From assembly GCA_963662285.2 (NCBI GenBank), contig CAXXMV010000008.1, positions 352,001-416,000 on the forward strand: a stretch of DNA of 64,000 bases. The letters run 5' to 3'. The position numbers were made by a program, and so were the translations under genes. Of the stretch, positions 19,922 through 30,033 are shown piece after piece (the stretch's first letter is position 1; the number at the start of each line of letters is the position of its first letter). Origin of the DNA: a bacterium. Lineage in GTDB: Bacteria > Hinthialibacterota > Hinthialibacteria > Hinthialibacterales > Hinthialibacteraceae. Under the pieces are notes generated by a model that was given only the letters and a program-made list of their open reading frames with translations, was not told the origin of the DNA and searched no databases.

Positions 19922-21421
19922 ATGCAGCGCTACGCCAATTATTCGTTAACAATCTTTTCCATGATCATTGTCTTAGTTTCATGCGCCATCATGCTTCCAG
20001 CAGCAGAACTTCCTATAGAAGCTTCTCACGACGTAATCGTGGTTGGCGCGGGTTCTTCGGGATTAACCTCCGCCTATTACCTCAAGGATTACGATGTCAA
20101 AATCCTGGAACGTAACGATTATACAGGCGGCAGTACCATGTCAGCTGTTTATGAAGACATCTCCTATCCCATCGGCGTGGCGAAAACAACATTGTCCACT
20201 CTTTTGCTGGAGATTGCTGGTGATTTAGGATTACATCCAATTCCTATCCCAAACCACGACATTTCTTTCTTCAACGATGGAACTATTTATTATGGTTTAG
20301 AAGGTCTCATGACGACCTTTATTGAAGAGGGAGGCCTGGAAGAGTGGGGACGTTTTTATGTGACATCGAAGGCAGCATATTTTTTGAATTACTATTCTAA
20401 CCCTGAAACAGCTGAATTGGATCAGATTACCGCCAAACAGTGGTTTGACAATGAGCAATTCGCTCCCCTGTTCTACAAGGTATACGATGCCAAAGCCCGT
20501 CTATTGTTTGGCGCCGGGTTGGAGGAGGTTTCAGCATTAAGCCTGTTACCAATTATATTTCAAGACGCCGATTCGTTACCGATTGGTTTGGGTGCGGATG
20601 ACATAAATAATGATCCCATCAGTGAATCAGAATCCGCAACGTATTTCACTTTCCCATCAGGAATGACGGAATACACCAACGCCATTGCCGAAGCGCTGAG
20701 CGATAAAATCCAACTCAATTCAAACGTCGAATCAATTACCAAAGATGGCGAGTGGATGAGGGTAATCTACAGCGATCCTGATGGGACGCAGCATGCGCTG
20801 CAATCGCGTGCGGTTATTCTCGCTATTCCGGCATATATCGTCGGTTATCTGGCGCCGGAAATATTAAGTGAAGAACAAAAAACACTGCTCAATCAGATTG
20901 AGTATTCTTCATATTGTATTGTCTCTCTTTTTGGCGATGAACCAATCTTTGGAGACGCCTTTGATCTTCAGTTTACTGATGGAATGTTGGTCACCGATCT
21001 GATCGACCAGACCTGGGCGTTGCGAAAAAATGAAATAATGCCGGAAGGTTCTGATGTACAGATATATAGCGCCATTATTGCGCCAACCAGTTATCAGGAT
21101 CAAAGTTTCAAGGAACTAACCCAGGAAGAACTTATCGAAAAAGTTTATACCGATCTGGAAACATTTGACCCAGATGTACGAACCAAAGTAGATGAATACC
21201 GTGTAGATTGGTTCTCCAGTGGGGCGCCCGTCATGACGGTTGGCGCCCGCCAACGGCTGGCGCGCTTGCAGGAAATCACCAATGGTTCATTGGCGCTTTG
21301 CGGGTCATACATGATTTATCCCGACTTCAACGCAACAATCACATCAGGCTACAACGCCGCGCAGCAGACAATCCGGGTAATCAAAGGTCAATCGGCTATC
21401 GAGTTTTTTGAACTTTATTGA
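19922..21421 (+). CDS. Exported FAD-dependent oxidoreductase (amine oxidase/protoporphyrinogen oxidase-like fold)
   Basis: N-terminal hydrophobic signal; DVIVVGAGSSGLTSAYYL Rossmann motif, LERNDYTGG, C-terminal LCGSY..ITSGYNAA. Confidence 0.8.
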   Translation: MQRYANYSLTIFSMIIVLVSCAIMLPAAELPIEASHDVIVVGAGSSGLTSAYYLKDYDVKILERNDYTGGSTMSAVYEDISYPIGVAKTTLSTLLLEIAGDLGLHPIPIPNHDISFFNDGTIYYGLEGLMTTFIEEGGLEEWGRFYVTSKAAYFLNYYSNPETAELDQITAKQWFDNEQFAPLFYKVYDAKARLLFGAGLEEVSALSLLPIIFQDADSLPIGLGADDINNDPISESESATYFTFPSGMTEYTNAIAEALSDKIQLNSNVESITKDGEWMRVIYSDPDGTQHALQSRAVILAIPAYIVGYLAPEILSEEQKTLLNQIEYSSYCIVSLFGDEPIFGDAFDLQFTDGMLVTDLIDQTWALRKNEIMPEGSDVQIYSAIIAPTSYQDQSFKELTQEELIEKVYTDLETFDPDVRTKVDEYRVDWFSSGAPVMTVGARQRLARLQEITNGSLALCGSYMIYPDFNATITSGYNAAQQTIRVIKGQSAIEFFELY

Positions 21422-22017
21422 TTCGTATTATCAACTGAATACACGGCTAACAACTCACGCTCATTGGCGATGGGTTGAATAATCTGGAAGCCGTATTCAT
21501 CAAGCAGGTTTCGAAAGGATTCTACGGTAAAGCGTTGATCGCAGGGATTATCCTGCACGCGGGTAAGTATCCTTCCCGCCCACCGGATAGGCGCCAGAGA
21601 ACTCTGCGCCACATTGCGCACCGGCTCGGTAAGAATAACCATTTTACGCGCCGCGCTAATCATGCGGTTCAGGATATCTCTTTCATGAGGGATGAACTGA
21701 TATAAGGCGCTCATCATAACAACGCAATCAACCGTAGGTGGACATTCTGAACGGATATCCAAATGCCGCATGGGGATACTGCGTTTCTCCGCCCAGCGCA
21801 TAAAACGTGGATTTATATCATAGGCTGTATAATCAATATTCATATCGCTTAATCCATAGCGATACAACGAACAATCCCCCGCGCAGATATCAGCAACGCT
21901 GCTACCATTGGGGATATGCCGTGTTGCATCATGGATGCGCTCTTCATAGCATCCACTATACAGCCGCCGCATCACCCGCTCGTAAATCCAGGGATGAAAA
22001 TAGATCGGACTGGTCAT
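21415..22017 (-). CDS. Class I SAM-dependent methyltransferase
   Basis: VADICAGDC motif I, YDIN, VDCVVMMSALYQF, ILTEP. Confidence 0.78.
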   Translation of the reverse strand: MTSPIYFHPWIYERVMRRLYSGCYEERIHDATRHIPNGSSVADICAGDCSLYRYGLSDMNIDYTAYDINPRFMRWAEKRSIPMRHLDIRSECPPTVDCVVMMSALYQFIPHERDILNRMISAARKMVILTEPVRNVAQSSLAPIRWAGRILTRVQDNPCDQRFTVESFRNLLDEYGFQIIQPIANERELLAVYSVDNTNQ

Positions 22018-22022
22018 TATCC

Positions 22023-22751
22023 CTACCGCCTTTTTCTGCGGGAACGGAATTTCAATAGTTCAATGAAATAGATTATACTATCCCGAATCGGCTTGACCGT
22101 AGTGGTTCGTTCAGGACGACGCAGAAACAATGCAGGAATTTCTTTAATTTTTAATCCATGATCGTGACACAGCGACATAATTTCCGTATCCCAGAACCAA
22201 CCGGGACTATGGCAATCATCCAACACCGGAAGAATCTTCTCCCGGTTAAAGAATTTGTAACCTGTCTCCGTATCGCGGTAGGGCAAATGAAGCATCATGC
22301 GCATCAGCAACCTATACCCAACACTGAGAATATGCCGGAAGAATAATCCTGGATTACAACGGATTTCATAAAACCGATGCGCAGTGGCGCCGTCATATCC
22401 CTCATCCAACGCCTGAATCATGGCTGGGATATAACGGCAATGAACCTCCAGATCGATATCGAGAAAGCCAACATATTGGCCTTTGGCGATGCGCATACCT
22501 TCTGTTACCGTAGCGCCGCGTCCCGCATTTTTCTGATGCAAAACACAGCGGGCATTGGCTCGTTTATCAGCCTCCCGCTTTACGATTTCTGCGCTTCCGT
22601 CGGGACTGCAATCATCAATTATAATCAATTCATAATTATAACGCATCTGCGCCATAACCAGTTCGATTTCACGAAGGCTGTCTTCCAGATAGGCGCCATC
22701 GTTATAACAAGCGATGACTAAGGAAATATCTAATGGAGTAGTTTCGTTCAT
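22023..22751 (-). CDS. Glycosyltransferase family 2 (DPM/DPG-synthase-like)
   Basis: SLVIACYN, IDDCSPDGS, NAGRGA, FLDIDLE, DTETGYKFF, WFWDTE. Confidence 0.92.
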   Translation of the reverse strand: MNETTPLDISLVIACYNDGAYLEDSLREIELVMAQMRYNYELIIIDDCSPDGSAEIVKREADKRANARCVLHQKNAGRGATVTEGMRIAKGQYVGFLDIDLEVHCRYIPAMIQALDEGYDGATAHRFYEIRCNPGLFFRHILSVGYRLLMRMMLHLPYRDTETGYKFFNREKILPVLDDCHSPGWFWDTEIMSLCHDHGLKIKEIPALFLRRPERTTTVKPIRDSIIYFIELLKFRSRRKRR

Positions 22752-22805
22752 AATTATGATGGAGTATACAAGAAAGGAGTTAATGACTGAATCGATACAG
22801 AAGAA

Positions 22806-24071
22806 TCAAGCGGGGTTTTTCTCTTCAATCGAAGCCATGCAGGGCAGATACAACACTCCCCGCAAGCCATATCCCTTCTTACCGGGATTCACTAAAAAGG
22901 GACACATCTCCAGGCACAGGTCAAATCCTTCATAAAAGTTAAATGCCGAACCAGGCCCCTCTTCGCGTTGGGTAATGCCAAAATTGAGGCTGTATGCGCC
23001 TTCCAGCAGGTTTAATGCTTCAATCTCGAAAGTTGTAGTCCCCTGCCCCTCGATTGATTCCACATCGCCCACCGTCACATCTGTCGCCACCGTATAAACC
23101 GGATCGCCCGCATCACTGATAATCGACACTCCGAAAATTGGATATGCAATAGGTCTCTTGGCAGCCCAGTCAAATTCAATGCGAACCGGCTCGCCGGTTT
23201 CATACAGATAACGTTCCTGGCCGCTGGAGTCTATCATTCGCATTGCAATAAAACGGATATCAAATTTCCCGAAGCGGTTCCGTTTTACAATTTCAGCGGA
23301 CGGCGTCTCCCCCCGCCGCAACGATTCCTTAAATTGCAATTGTTTGTACTGGCCGATCATCTCATAGGGCGAACCATCGCCAATGGTCTTTCCCTTATTC
23401 AAAAGGATGGCGCGGTCGCACAGAGTCAGGATGGAATCCAGATCATGACTGACCAGAATAATCGTCTTACCTGAGTTGCGCAGCCACCTGATATGTTCTT
23501 TACACTTGCGTTGAAAACGCTGATCTCCAACCGCCAGAATTTCGTCGATCAACAAGATATCTGGCTGAACATGGATGCCAATAGAGAAACCTAGTCGCAG
23601 AAACATCCCTGATGAATAATGTTTGACCGGAGCATCGATAAACTCTTCCAGTTCGCTGAACGCGATAATTTCCGGCATACGCTGGTGCAATTCATCTTTG
23701 GAGATTCCCAATAAGGCGCCGGATAGATAAACATTCTCACGCCCCGTCATATCGGGATGAAATCCAACTCCAACTTCGAGCAGACTAGAGACTGTTCCAT
23801 TGACCGACAACGTACCCCCGGTTGGTTGGGTGATGCCAGCCAAGAGCTTCAACAAAGTGCTCTTGCCGGAACCGTTGTCGCCTATCAAGCCCACAATCTC
23901 GCCGGTATGAATAACCATATCAATGCAACTAAGCGCCTCCACTGCAGTGGTGGTCTGCTTACCCCGTCCTCCGCGCAATAACTTTTCCTTGAAAGTTGTT
24001 GACTGCTCAGAAGAGAGAGAATAATTCTTGGATAGATTGCTGCACTGTATAGCGACGGAATTGGTATTCAT
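22806..24071 (-). CDS. wzt: Polysaccharide ABC exporter ATP-binding protein with C-terminal Wzt carbohydrate-binding domain
   Basis: GDNGSGKST, GFHPDMTGREN, YSSGMFLRLGF, IDEILAVGD, VSHD; C-terminal ETGEPVRI..PIFGV..LLEGAY. Start placed at MNTNS. Confidence 0.9.
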   Translation of the reverse strand: MNTNSVAIQCSNLSKNYSLSSEQSTTFKEKLLRGGRGKQTTTAVEALSCIDMVIHTGEIVGLIGDNGSGKSTLLKLLAGITQPTGGTLSVNGTVSSLLEVGVGFHPDMTGRENVYLSGALLGISKDELHQRMPEIIAFSELEEFIDAPVKHYSSGMFLRLGFSIGIHVQPDILLIDEILAVGDQRFQRKCKEHIRWLRNSGKTIILVSHDLDSILTLCDRAILLNKGKTIGDGSPYEMIGQYKQLQFKESLRRGETPSAEIVKRNRFGKFDIRFIAMRMIDSSGQERYLYETGEPVRIEFDWAAKRPIAYPIFGVSIISDAGDPVYTVATDVTVGDVESIEGQGTTTFEIEALNLLEGAYSLNFGITQREEGPGSAFNFYEGFDLCLEMCPFLVNPGKKGYGLRGVLYLPCMASIEEKNPA

Positions 24072-24073
24072 GG

Positions 24074-25547
24074 TTATCTCATACAACGCTTACGGGCGGC
24101 TTTGATTTGCCCGGTCCGGTCATTCAACCAGCGCCTAACATTTTCAGCCTTCCGCTTCAGCGATCCAATGTGACGTTTAAGTTGTTTTGGATTTGGCGAA
24201 CCAATGTGATCACGGGACAACAGGCACTGGATGGGATCATTAAGTTTCTTGAATTCAGCCTCAGATAAAAGTTTGACCTTATTATTCTTTAACACGCCGT
24301 TCAGTTCATCCAGAGTAAAATATTTCTGCGAACTTTCGCCCACCGCTTCAGACATGACGGTATAGGTCTTGCGGAAAGGCAGGTCGCGCGTCCGCGCCAG
24401 AAAATCGGCGATATCCACGGCATTAAGAAAACCGGTTTGCGCAGCCTCTTGCATAGCCTCACAGTTAACCTTAATCGATTGGACTACATTAGACAGAATA
24501 TCCGCAGAACCTCCGGCTTCGCGCACCGCGTCCATAAACAAGTATTTGGACCACTGCACATCCTTGTTGTATCCCGATAGGTTCGAGCCATCAATAGACA
24601 TAAGCGCTTGCGCCATACCCATTACCACATGCGACTTGCCTTTGATGGCTTCAGCGAAGTCAGGGTTGCGTTTCTGGGGCATGATCGAACTGCCGGTTGT
24701 AAAATCAGCCGGTAAAGATTAAAAAACCGAATTCATCGGTTGAGAACAGAATTATATCCTGAGAGAATCCCGACAGACGTTTCAATAGAAACGCCGCCGC
24801 CTGAATAATTTCCGCTTCAGCCTCGCCGCGTGATGCCACCGCATCCAGGGTGTTTTCCTGAACGGCGTCGAAAGCCAATAGTTCGGCGGTTAATTTCCGG
24901 TCCAAAGGCCAGGTCGTTCCATAGGATGCCGCTGCGCCGAGTGGGCAGGTGTTGATGCGTTTATAAAGGTCGACGAACCGTTGAATATCACGCAACACGC
25001 CCTGAGCGTAAGCAGCGCACCAATGACCCCACGAAGCCATGGTCGCCTTGCGGTGATGAGTATATCCCGGCATTACTGAATCGGCGTGATGCAAAGCATG
25101 ATCCATCAATGATTGAAGCAACGCCAGGCTTTCACGTACGAAACTGAGCGCAGCCTCCCGCGCATATAGTTTCATATCAGCAGCCACCTGATCATTACGG
25201 CTGCGTCCTGAATGAAGGCGTCCACCGATTTTTTCACCGCATATTTGAGATACACGGGATTCGATATTGATATGGACGTCTTCCAAATTGGGATCAAGGC
25301 GCCATTGGCCTTTTTCCCATTCACTCTCGATGCGGTTGAGAGCCTGAATAATTTTCTGACATTCGCTCTTCGAATAAACGCCGATAGCCTGCAAGCCGAT
25401 GGCATGGGCGCGGTTGGTCCACAGGTCGTAGGGAATCAATGCATCATCCGCTTCCGGCAGAGCTACCACATCACGCCCGGCGGAAAATGCCACAAACTCT
25501 TCGCGCGGATTTCCCTTGGATTTACTAAACCATACAGGTTTTTCCAT
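24074..25547 (-). pseudogene. argH: Argininosuccinate lyase, frameshifted (or sequencing error)
   Basis: EDVHINIE, LHSGRSRNDQVA, MPGYTH, PLGAAA in the first ORF; TGSSIMPQKRNPD and YNKDVQ in the second. One extra base in GGTTTTTTAATCTTTACCG at about 24710-24728. Confidence 0.92.
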
Positions 25548-25608
25548 AATAATAACCTCTGATATCCTGACCGGCCTTTTACTTAATAGGCGACGAGAAT
25601 CCTATCTT

Positions 25609-26721
25609 CTATTCATCCCATAAACGCAATTGTAAATCGTCTTTTGGATTCTGGTCAATTTTTTCGACTTTTTCTTCAAATCCCGCTGAACGCACTCCTA
25701 ACAGGCGCACTCGCCTACCATTCAACGAAAGTACATGAAGAAGTTGCAGCGCGGCGTCAGAAATTTCCTGAGCGTCATCAGTGCGATGCTCGAGGGTTGT
25801 AGTACGCGTCGCAGTCTTAAAATCATGAAACTTAACTTTGATGCTGATATTGCGCCCTCGCAATCCTTTCTTTTTAAGCAGTTGAGACACATCATCAGCC
25901 AGTGACTGGATTATCGTCTCCATACGGTCCATGCTGGATATATCTTGTGGAAAGGTTTGCTCCTGCGATAGAGACTTTCTGACGCGATCAACCGTAACGG
26001 GATTATGATATATGCCACGGGCCAATTGATAAAGCCGCTCGCCATGCTTGCTTCCCAAAGCGCTCTGCAAAGATTGTTGAGTAAATCCACGCAATTGACT
26101 GATTGTTTCAATGCGAAGTTGCTGCAAGCGTTGTTCGGTTTTTTCACCCACACCAGGGATAAGCCGCACGGGAAGCGGGGCCAGAAAATCCATCGCCTCA
26201 TCCGGATGGATAATGCAAAATCCATCCGGTTTATTAAAATCTGAGGCTATCTTGGCGAGAAACTTGTTCGGTCCGATTCCCACCGACGCCACCAGTTCAG
26301 TACGGTCTTTAATCTTCTCTTTAATTCGATGGCCGATTCTTATCGATTCCTCAAAAACTGAAATTTCCTGGCTGACGTCCAAATAAGCTTCATCCAGGGA
26401 AACTGGTTCGATTATGTCGGTATATTCCAGAAAAACGCCGCGGATAATATCCGACGCTTTGCGGTATTCCGTAAAATGAGGCGGTTGCCGAATGGCGTCA
26501 GAGCATAATCGAAGCGCCCGCGACATCGGCATAGCCGACCGTATGCCAAACTTACGCGCTTCGTATGATGCGGCGGCCACTACGCCCCGCTCTTCCGGGC
26601 GGCCTCCAACTACTACAGGCTTGCCGCGCAGCGAGGGATTATCGCGCTGCTCGACCGACGCATAAAAAGCGTCCATATCCACATGAAGTATGATTCTTTG
26701 CGTATTCACCGTCACCAACAT
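25609..26721 (-). CDS. dinB: DNA polymerase IV
   Basis: HVDMDAFYASVEQRD, RGVVAAASYEARKFG, SLDEAYLD, NKFLAKIASD, VRLLGV. Confidence 0.96.
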   Translation of the reverse strand: MLVTVNTQRIILHVDMDAFYASVEQRDNPSLRGKPVVVGGRPEERGVVAAASYEARKFGIRSAMPMSRALRLCSDAIRQPPHFTEYRKASDIIRGVFLEYTDIIEPVSLDEAYLDVSQEISVFEESIRIGHRIKEKIKDRTELVASVGIGPNKFLAKIASDFNKPDGFCIIHPDEAMDFLAPLPVRLIPGVGEKTEQRLQQLRIETISQLRGFTQQSLQSALGSKHGERLYQLARGIYHNPVTVDRVRKSLSQEQTFPQDISSMDRMETIIQSLADDVSQLLKKKGLRGRNISIKVKFHDFKTATRTTTLEHRTDDAQEISDAALQLLHVLSLNGRRVRLLGVRSAGFEEKVEKIDQNPKDDLQLRLWDE

Positions 26722-26769
26722 TATTTATTCGCAAAACCATTTCAATATCGCGGGCGACGTATTCTCTTT

Positions 26770-27291
26770 TTATTCCGAATCATATTCTACAAGGGAATGA
26801 ACCGTCGCAGGCTTGATCTTCTCAGCGCCATTCAAAAAAGTGAGTTCCACGACAAACGAAACGCCTTCGATGCTGCAATTGAAATTATCAAGTAGTTTTA
26901 TAGTGGCATCCACTGTTCCGCCGGTTGCAAGCAGATCATCGACCACAATAACATTGTCGCCATCTTCAACCGCATCTTTATGAATTTCAATTGTATCTGT
27001 CCCATACTCCAATTCGTATGTATGAGAATATGTATCAGCCGGCAGTTTATTGGGTTTGCGAACAATCACCATTCCAGCGCCTAAGCGTAACGCCATGGGA
27101 GCGCCAAAGATGAAACCGCGTGATTCGATGCACACCACTTTATCGATCTTCTTGCCTTCATAAGGCTTGAGCATCTGCTCGATAGTCCACTCAAAGGCAT
27201 CCGGCTTATTGATCAAAGTTGTAATATCAATAAAATTGATTCCTGGTTTAGGGAAACCCGGCACTTGGCGTAATACTGATTTAATATCCAT
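26770..27291 (-). CDS. apt: Adenine phosphoribosyltransferase
   Basis: FPKPGINFIDIT, ESRGF, RKPNKLP, YELEYG, VDDLLATGGT. Start placed at MDIKS. Confidence 0.96.
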   Translation of the reverse strand: MDIKSVLRQVPGFPKPGINFIDITTLINKPDAFEWTIEQMLKPYEGKKIDKVVCIESRGFIFGAPMALRLGAGMVIVRKPNKLPADTYSHTYELEYGTDTIEIHKDAVEDGDNVIVVDDLLATGGTVDATIKLLDNFNCSIEGVSFVVELTFLNGAEKIKPATVHSLVEYDSE

Positions 27292-27576
27292 GAAAATTCC
27301 TTTCAAAATGAAATTAACTAAAGCGACTCTCAAAACCACGCGCCTTTCAGCGCTTTTACTGCGTATAATTTTTGACAAAGGCTCTAAAAATAATTCTTGC
27401 GCTGTCTTTATAACGCAAAAACATTGATTTTATGATTGTCTCGTGAAATTGGATAAATATCAATATCTCGAACAGTTGGTTTTAAATATTCATGATACAT
27501 TTGTTATGTTTTAACATTGATATGCTTCATAATTGCTTGACAGAACCGCCAGTCAAAGGTAACGTCCGGTTGTATT

Positions 27577-29025
27577 ATGGATAAAAACACGATAACACCC
27601 CTCATCAATCGAGCCATCTCGAAAACAGAAATCATCGCTGCCCTGGCGGGTGGTCTGGCGCTGCTTGCGCTTATATTACTTTTCAAGTCCAGCATAGTAA
27701 TAGCAGCTTTTTTAGGCATTCTGATAGGGGGAATAGCCTTTTGGATGGGATTTGAATATATCCCGCTGATTGTCTTTCTGCAGTTGGCTTTTTCAGTAGA
27801 ATTACAGATTGGATCAACCACCCGGCTTACCATCCCGACCGAAATATTGGTGCCGATACTGTTTCTTGCATATGGCATTTCTGTTATCCGCGATGGAAAA
27901 ATCAGCTATCGCACTTCCCAGCTTAATGTTGCGGTCATCATCATGTATGTTGTAATGGTCTACAGTTTAAGATATTCTTTCGAGCCGACCAGCACCCTTA
28001 AGGCAATCATCCGCGATACTGGATACATAGGCGCAGGATATTTTTTGATCCCCCAATATATACGTTCAGAAAAACAAATCAAACATTTACTATATGGCTG
28101 CCTGGGTATACATACTTTGCTGGTGTTATATGGCTTTATCACTCAGATAATTGGGGGATTTCATATTTATGGAGAGATTGCCGCGCCTTTCTTCGTTGAA
28201 CACTGCATCTACGCCGCTTATATCACTATCTCCTTCGCATTCGTGCTGCCATTCTATCTGACGGAAGACGATGAAAAACATCGCTTCTGGCTGGGCATAA
28301 TAACGGCCTTATTCGGAGCAGCTATATTATTGACCTTTGTACGCGCCGCCTGGATAAGCGTTTTCGCGCTACTATTGTTCTATTTATTCCAGTTCCGCAA
28401 CAGAAAATCGGCCATCGACCTGATCCTGTTAATGATTGTTTGCTCACTACTGGGACTGGTGATTGCCGTTACCACCGATATCGGAGGATTGATCCTTCAG
28501 CGGCTGGACACCATAACCGAGACCAATTACACCGCTAACCTGGATAGAATCGACCGCTGGGTCGTCGCATGGAAAATATGGATTTACAATCCAATTTTAG
28601 GCGTCGGGTGGGGAGCATATCCTGACCACTATTTCAAATATGCCAATCAATCTAGTGCATTTTTTGACGCTTATTTTAACAGCATACCTTACTCATCCGC
28701 CTTCCGTATGGGAGCGCACAATATCTACCTGGAATTATTGGCGGAAGTAGGCGTTGTAGGACTACTGGCATATTTACTTGTTATCTACATTTTTTTCCGT
28801 AGAGCGGTTATTCTACAACACAAGATCAAAAGCGATTTTCAGCGCGTATTTCTGATAGGCGCCCAGGGCGCCATCATCACCTACCTGGTGCATGCCTTCG
28901 TCAATAACCTCGGTCCCTCAGATAAATTGGGGATCACCTTCTGGTTTATATTGGGAATCGTTCCCACTATAGAAGCGCTCTACCGTAGCGAACAGAAGAA
29001 TTCACCTCAAGAACCAAGAGAATAA
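27577..29025 (+). CDS. O-antigen ligase/polymerase-family membrane protein
   Basis: Polytopic; LTFVRAAW, RIDRW..NPILGVGWG, AHNIYLELLAEVGVVG (Wzy_C signature). Confidence 0.88.
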   Translation: MDKNTITPLINRAISKTEIIAALAGGLALLALILLFKSSIVIAAFLGILIGGIAFWMGFEYIPLIVFLQLAFSVELQIGSTTRLTIPTEILVPILFLAYGISVIRDGKISYRTSQLNVAVIIMYVVMVYSLRYSFEPTSTLKAIIRDTGYIGAGYFLIPQYIRSEKQIKHLLYGCLGIHTLLVLYGFITQIIGGFHIYGEIAAPFFVEHCIYAAYITISFAFVLPFYLTEDDEKHRFWLGIITALFGAAILLTFVRAAWISVFALLLFYLFQFRNRKSAIDLILLMIVCSLLGLVIAVTTDIGGLILQRLDTITETNYTANLDRIDRWVVAWKIWIYNPILGVGWGAYPDHYFKYANQSSAFFDAYFNSIPYSSAFRMGAHNIYLELLAEVGVVGLLAYLLVIYIFFRRAVILQHKIKSDFQRVFLIGAQGAIITYLVHAFVNNLGPSDKLGITFWFILGIVPTIEALYRSEQKNSPQEPRE

Positions 29026-29041
29026 CATGCAACTTTCCGAC

Positions 29042-29893
29042 TTAGTCGCACTGATCCTGATACTGCGCCAGGAAAGTGCGGATCTGTTCAACAAACATCA
29101 ACGCTTCACGCCGTGACGCTTCGGCATAATATGATCCGGACGAAGCGTTAGCTATGGCTCTGGATACATTAATCAATAAACTGCCCGGACCGGAATATCC
29201 CGCCCACAACACCTCTTCCAGGTCGCCGCCCTGCGCTCCAACGCCCGGACAAAGAACCGGCAATGATGCGCCCAGACGTTCACGCAATTTGGCAAGTTCC
29301 TCTGGAGCAGTCGCTCCAATCACCGCGCCCAGGTTTTGCTTCATATCCCAGGATCGAATCTTATCGGCGACCCGGTGAAAAAGACGCGTTTCTGAAACAT
29401 CATCTCCAGGAACCTGAAGAGTCTGGAAATCAACACGCGAAACATTGGAAGTCAGGCAAAGAATAAAACTCGCCTTATCTTTATATTTTCGAAATGGCGC
29501 AATTGTCTCCTGACCCATATAGGGATTCAAAGTAACAGCGTCAGCATTCAGCGTTTCAAAAGCAGCCTTGGCGTAGTATTCAGCAGTATTCCCGATATCG
29601 CCGAATTTCGCGTCCAAAATAACCGGCGCATTATATTGATGCGCATATTCAATAGTCTCTTTAAGCGTATCAAATCCTTCTTTACCATTCAGCAGATAAA
29701 AAGCTAGATTTGGTTTATAACAACACGCCAGGTCTTGAGTTGCATCGATAATAGATCTATTCCACGACAATAGAGGATTGGATTCATTCTTCAAAGGTTC
29801 AGGAATATTTTTCAGCGTGGTATCCAGACCGACGCATAAAACAGTTTTCAGCGATGAAGTTCTCTCTTTTATAGATTCGATGAATGACGACAT
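29042..29893 (-). CDS. pyrF: Orotidine-5'-phosphate decarboxylase
   Basis: LCVGLD, KPNLAFY, LDAKFGDIGNT, NPYMG, GAVIGAT, PGVGAQGG. Confidence 0.96.
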   Translation of the reverse strand: MSSFIESIKERTSSLKTVLCVGLDTTLKNIPEPLKNESNPLLSWNRSIIDATQDLACCYKPNLAFYLLNGKEGFDTLKETIEYAHQYNAPVILDAKFGDIGNTAEYYAKAAFETLNADAVTLNPYMGQETIAPFRKYKDKASFILCLTSNVSRVDFQTLQVPGDDVSETRLFHRVADKIRSWDMKQNLGAVIGATAPEELAKLRERLGASLPVLCPGVGAQGGDLEEVLWAGYSGPGSLLINVSRAIANASSGSYYAEASRREALMFVEQIRTFLAQYQDQCD

Positions 29894-30033
29894 AATTTAC
29901 TCACAATCATAGATATTTTTATTCCATTAACTGTAGTGTATACCTAGAAGCCTCTTGAAACAAAACATATATTTCAGATATAGTTATAAAAAATAAGAAT
30001 TACAGTGTACTACAATACTCGAAGGTGATAAAC

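Noticed and set aside
24705-24730. Programmed -1 frameshift or TGA (selenocysteine) readthrough in argH
   Set aside because: The downstream half is in the +1 frame, so neither -1 slippage nor readthrough restores it.
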